Shown: positions 61,735 through 64,000 of the stretch, one piece after another
Layout of the letters: every line of letters begins with the position of its first letter
Numbering within the stretch: the first letter of the stretch is position 1
Virus record (IMG/VR): IMGVR_UViG_3300036715_002842
Span: 1 to 64,000 of that record
DNA: 64,000 bases
Direction: 5' to 3' (one strand)
Source of the DNA: a virus
Notes under the pieces: model-generated
What the model saw: the letters and a program-made list of their open reading frames with translations, nothing else
Database searches by the model: none
Told to the model about the DNA's origin: nothing
Program-made: the position numbers and the translations under genes

Positions 61735-63153
61735 ATGCCACTACTACAGACCTTCATTGCTGCCGACGCCAAGCCCACTGTAGACAATTACAACAACCTG
61801 AACCTCGGAATTCTGCCGAAGGGCATCTATTCTGGTGGAGCAGTCTCGCAGGGTCCGGGTCGTCAGGTGACGGTAGAGGCTTTCCACGCTAAGGCTTACG
61901 ATGGATTCACAATCGTAGGCGAGACTCAGAATATCAACATTCCACCTGCCCCGAAACAGGGCTGGGCGTTGGTACTCTACGCGAAGAGCTGGGTACCTGG
62001 GGACGCACCCCCAAAGAGTCATAAGGTAGAGTTCCGGGTCATTCCTTGGGTTGGCACTGATGCGATCAAAGGTTATACCGATGTCGATCCGGGACCGGAT
62101 TACCCGTACTACATCCTCTTTGCGAAGATCGACGCTCTGAGTAATGAGGTTCGAATTCTTCCTACAGAGATCAATACTTCGTTCTCGGATCGAGTTAATC
62201 TTCTGAACCTCTCATCCACCCAGCTTATGATCGGATCCTCGAACTTTAACGGTCCTATAGGCACCGCCGTTTATCATCACCTGGGCCATACAATGTACAA
62301 GGTTCAGGTCACTCCAACCGAGGCACCTAACGTTGGCATTGGTGACATCTGGGTAGTGAAGGATAGTAAATTCTTCACCGTATTCTCTAACGGCTCGGTC
62401 ACCACCAAATTCGATTGGGCAGTTTCAACCTCTCAGGCCAGTCTGGGGGTAGATGCACAATCCGCCTTTGGTAGTCGATTCGGAAAAGCACTCTTGAAGG
62501 ATCCGGTTCCTATCGTTCACAACGAAGGAGCATCCAACTATGTGCTTCTTGCAGCAGTACTGGGCATGCAGGAGCCCCTATCCCAGTTACCCTACGTGGT
62601 CCAGACCGATACTGTAGGCACCATTACTGGGGATTCTACCGTAACCACTCCCATCTGCTGGCAACTCGTTTCTGGTTCGACGCACCAGAACATGTTGTTC
62701 GATTCCTTCATCATGGGTAATAGCACGTTCGAAGATACCTACGACCAAAACGTAGATGCTAGATCTCTTCGGGTCTTCATTTACCCTGAAGTTTCTCACA
62801 CGAATCCGGTCGTTACAGTAACAAATTACGAGACAACTCAGGGGGATCCGACTACCAATCGGGTGAAGATCAAGTTTGATTGTATCGTTCCAGACGGAAC
62901 TAAATGTCGAAGAGTGATCTTCAAGAATCCTGGTTCTTACCCAAGTGGTACAACGACCGGCATGGGAACTATCGAGATTCTTCACAACCTAGACCTGGAC
63001 ATGTACGTCCCATTCATTTCCTTCACCAACGTTACCGGGGGTTCTTTGACTGGGTATAATGTGGAGATAGGACGTAAGTCCTTCAAGGTTGTAGTACCGA
63101 CTGGGGTTTCTGTTTCCTTTGATTGGCTGCTTGTGCCGAGTTTCACTTCATGA
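61735..63153 (+). CDS. putative virion structural protein
   Basis: GILPKGIYSGG N-terminus; repeated HxLG/HNL...V.V.P...FDW modules. Confidence 0.55.
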   Translation: MPLLQTFIAADAKPTVDNYNNLNLGILPKGIYSGGAVSQGPGRQVTVEAFHAKAYDGFTIVGETQNINIPPAPKQGWALVLYAKSWVPGDAPPKSHKVEFRVIPWVGTDAIKGYTDVDPGPDYPYYILFAKIDALSNEVRILPTEINTSFSDRVNLLNLSSTQLMIGSSNFNGPIGTAVYHHLGHTMYKVQVTPTEAPNVGIGDIWVVKDSKFFTVFSNGSVTTKFDWAVSTSQASLGVDAQSAFGSRFGKALLKDPVPIVHNEGASNYVLLAAVLGMQEPLSQLPYVVQTDTVGTITGDSTVTTPICWQLVSGSTHQNMLFDSFIMGNSTFEDTYDQNVDARSLRVFIYPEVSHTNPVVTVTNYETTQGDPTTNRVKIKFDCIVPDGTKCRRVIFKNPGSYPSGTTTGMGTIEILHNLDLDMYVPFISFTNVTGGSLTGYNVEIGRKSFKVVVPTGVSVSFDWLLVPSFTS

Positions 63154-63160
63154 GGTCTGC

Positions 63161-63478
63161 GTGAGTAAGGTACGACACGTCTACGGCACCTCAGTTGATG
63201 ACCGTAAAAGGGCAATCGCTAACCTTCAGTTTGCCCTGGAGGATAAGGCTCTCTGGTACATGAATTGTAAGTATCGTCCAAACAAAACCGCGATTGCAAA
63301 GGGAAAATTTTGTAATTGGATCACAAAGGACACCTTTGATCTAGCTTGTAAAGCGATTATCAATGCAACGGACCCCATCTATTTCTACACGTTCGGAGAC
63401 ATGGTAGAGTTGGATGGGCAGAAGATCACTGAGTTCGCAAACTGGGACTCAATGGACCTTCGTAAGATATCTGGTTAG
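63161..63478 (+). CDS. hypothetical protein
   Basis: Probable GTG start within track ORF 63119..63478. Confidence 0.5.
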   Translation: MSKVRHVYGTSVDDRKRAIANLQFALEDKALWYMNCKYRPNKTAIAKGKFCNWITKDTFDLACKAIINATDPIYFYTFGDMVELDGQKITEFANWDSMDLRKISG

Positions 63479-63485
63479 ATTGATC

Positions 63486-64000
63486 ATGAATACCTGGTAC
63501 AAGAGATATCTTGACTTAATTGGATTGAAGTATCCGGGTGACAGTATTTTTATCAAGAAGAACCCAGAGTTCTGTTCAAGTGTTCTCAATGCAACTTCTA
63601 AATGTTCTTCAAACCTCCCCATCCTTTCAAGGGTTCTTCTTCTAGATATGGGTTTGGAGATTGAACCTCCATGTATAATTTGTGGTAATAAATCTATTTG
63701 GTGGAAGGATCCACACAATCCTTCCAGCGGTTGGAAGGATCACACCTGTTCTGCCTCTTGTAGTCGAAGGGCCGTAAGAGTTCTTCGTGGTGAGACTCTT
63801 ATAGAAAAGCAGAAACAAACGGTTAGGAATCGTTATGGTGTTGAGAATGTTGCGACGCTGAAAGAAGTTCAAGAGACTATTAAGAAAACCAACTTGGAGA
63901 GGTTTGGAACCGAAGCCTCTTCGAGGTCCTTGGTTGTACAAGAAAAGAAACTTAGAACTATTCGAGAACGTTATGGTGTTGATAACGTTATGCAGGTAGA
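63486..64000 (+). CDS. 5' part of a second Hef-like/repeat homing endonuclease (runs off window)
   Basis: CIICG...CSASC, then RYGVENV, KTNLERFG, RERYGVDNV repeats. Confidence 0.75.
   Translation, partial: MNTWYKRYLDLIGLKYPGDSIFIKKNPEFCSSVLNATSKCSSNLPILSRVLLLDMGLEIEPPCIICGNKSIWWKDPHNPSSGWKDHTCSASCSRRAVRVLRGETLIEKQKQTVRNRYGVENVATLKEVQETIKKTNLERFGTEASSRSLVVQEKKLRTIRERYGVDNVMQV

Noticed and set aside
1-64000. Genome-wide TAG reassignment (genetic code 15/16) suggested by the CUA tRNA
   Set aside because: Long conserved genes are uninterrupted in code 11, and TAG terminates genes at natural ends (nrdJ ...GATGGCS*, ligase, kinase, GNAT)

Overview
This looks like a 64-kb segment of a large (jumbo-type) dsDNA bacteriophage genome. 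0-5.6 kb: short early-type ORFs behind sigma70-like promoters, plus a GNAT, an ATP-dependent ligase and a P-loop kinase. 5.6-12.4 kb: intein-containing class II ribonucleotide reductase (NrdJ) and intein-containing Gat-QueC. With QueE at 46 kb, this suggests 7-deazaguanine DNA modification. 15.5-31.5 kb: a minus-strand operon of giant Thr/Gly-rich fibre/adhesin genes with a YkgJ-like Fe-S protein and a radical SAM/SPASM enzyme embedded in it. 32-37 kb: a cluster of 13 tRNAs and tmRNA, including tRNA-Leu(UAA) with a group I intron, tRNAs with atypical variable arms, and unexplained structured RNA. 37-64 kb: probable virion proteins, RuvC, QueE, a PTH2-like hydrolase, an HNH-RNA ligase, an actin-like ATPase, homing endonucleases, a UvsW-like helicase, RdgC and a DenV-like glycosylase. 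The best candidate for a new system is at 48.8-51.8 kb (minus strand). An amber-suppressor tRNA (CUA) lies upstream of a leader with two tandem Met-X-UAG minigenes. Readthrough of the first would carry ribosomes through an intrinsic terminator. Readthrough of the second would carry them into a hairpin that hides the next RBS. Together they would gate an operon ending in a peptidyl-tRNA hydrolase. All family assignments are from motif recognition by eye; no database searches were run.
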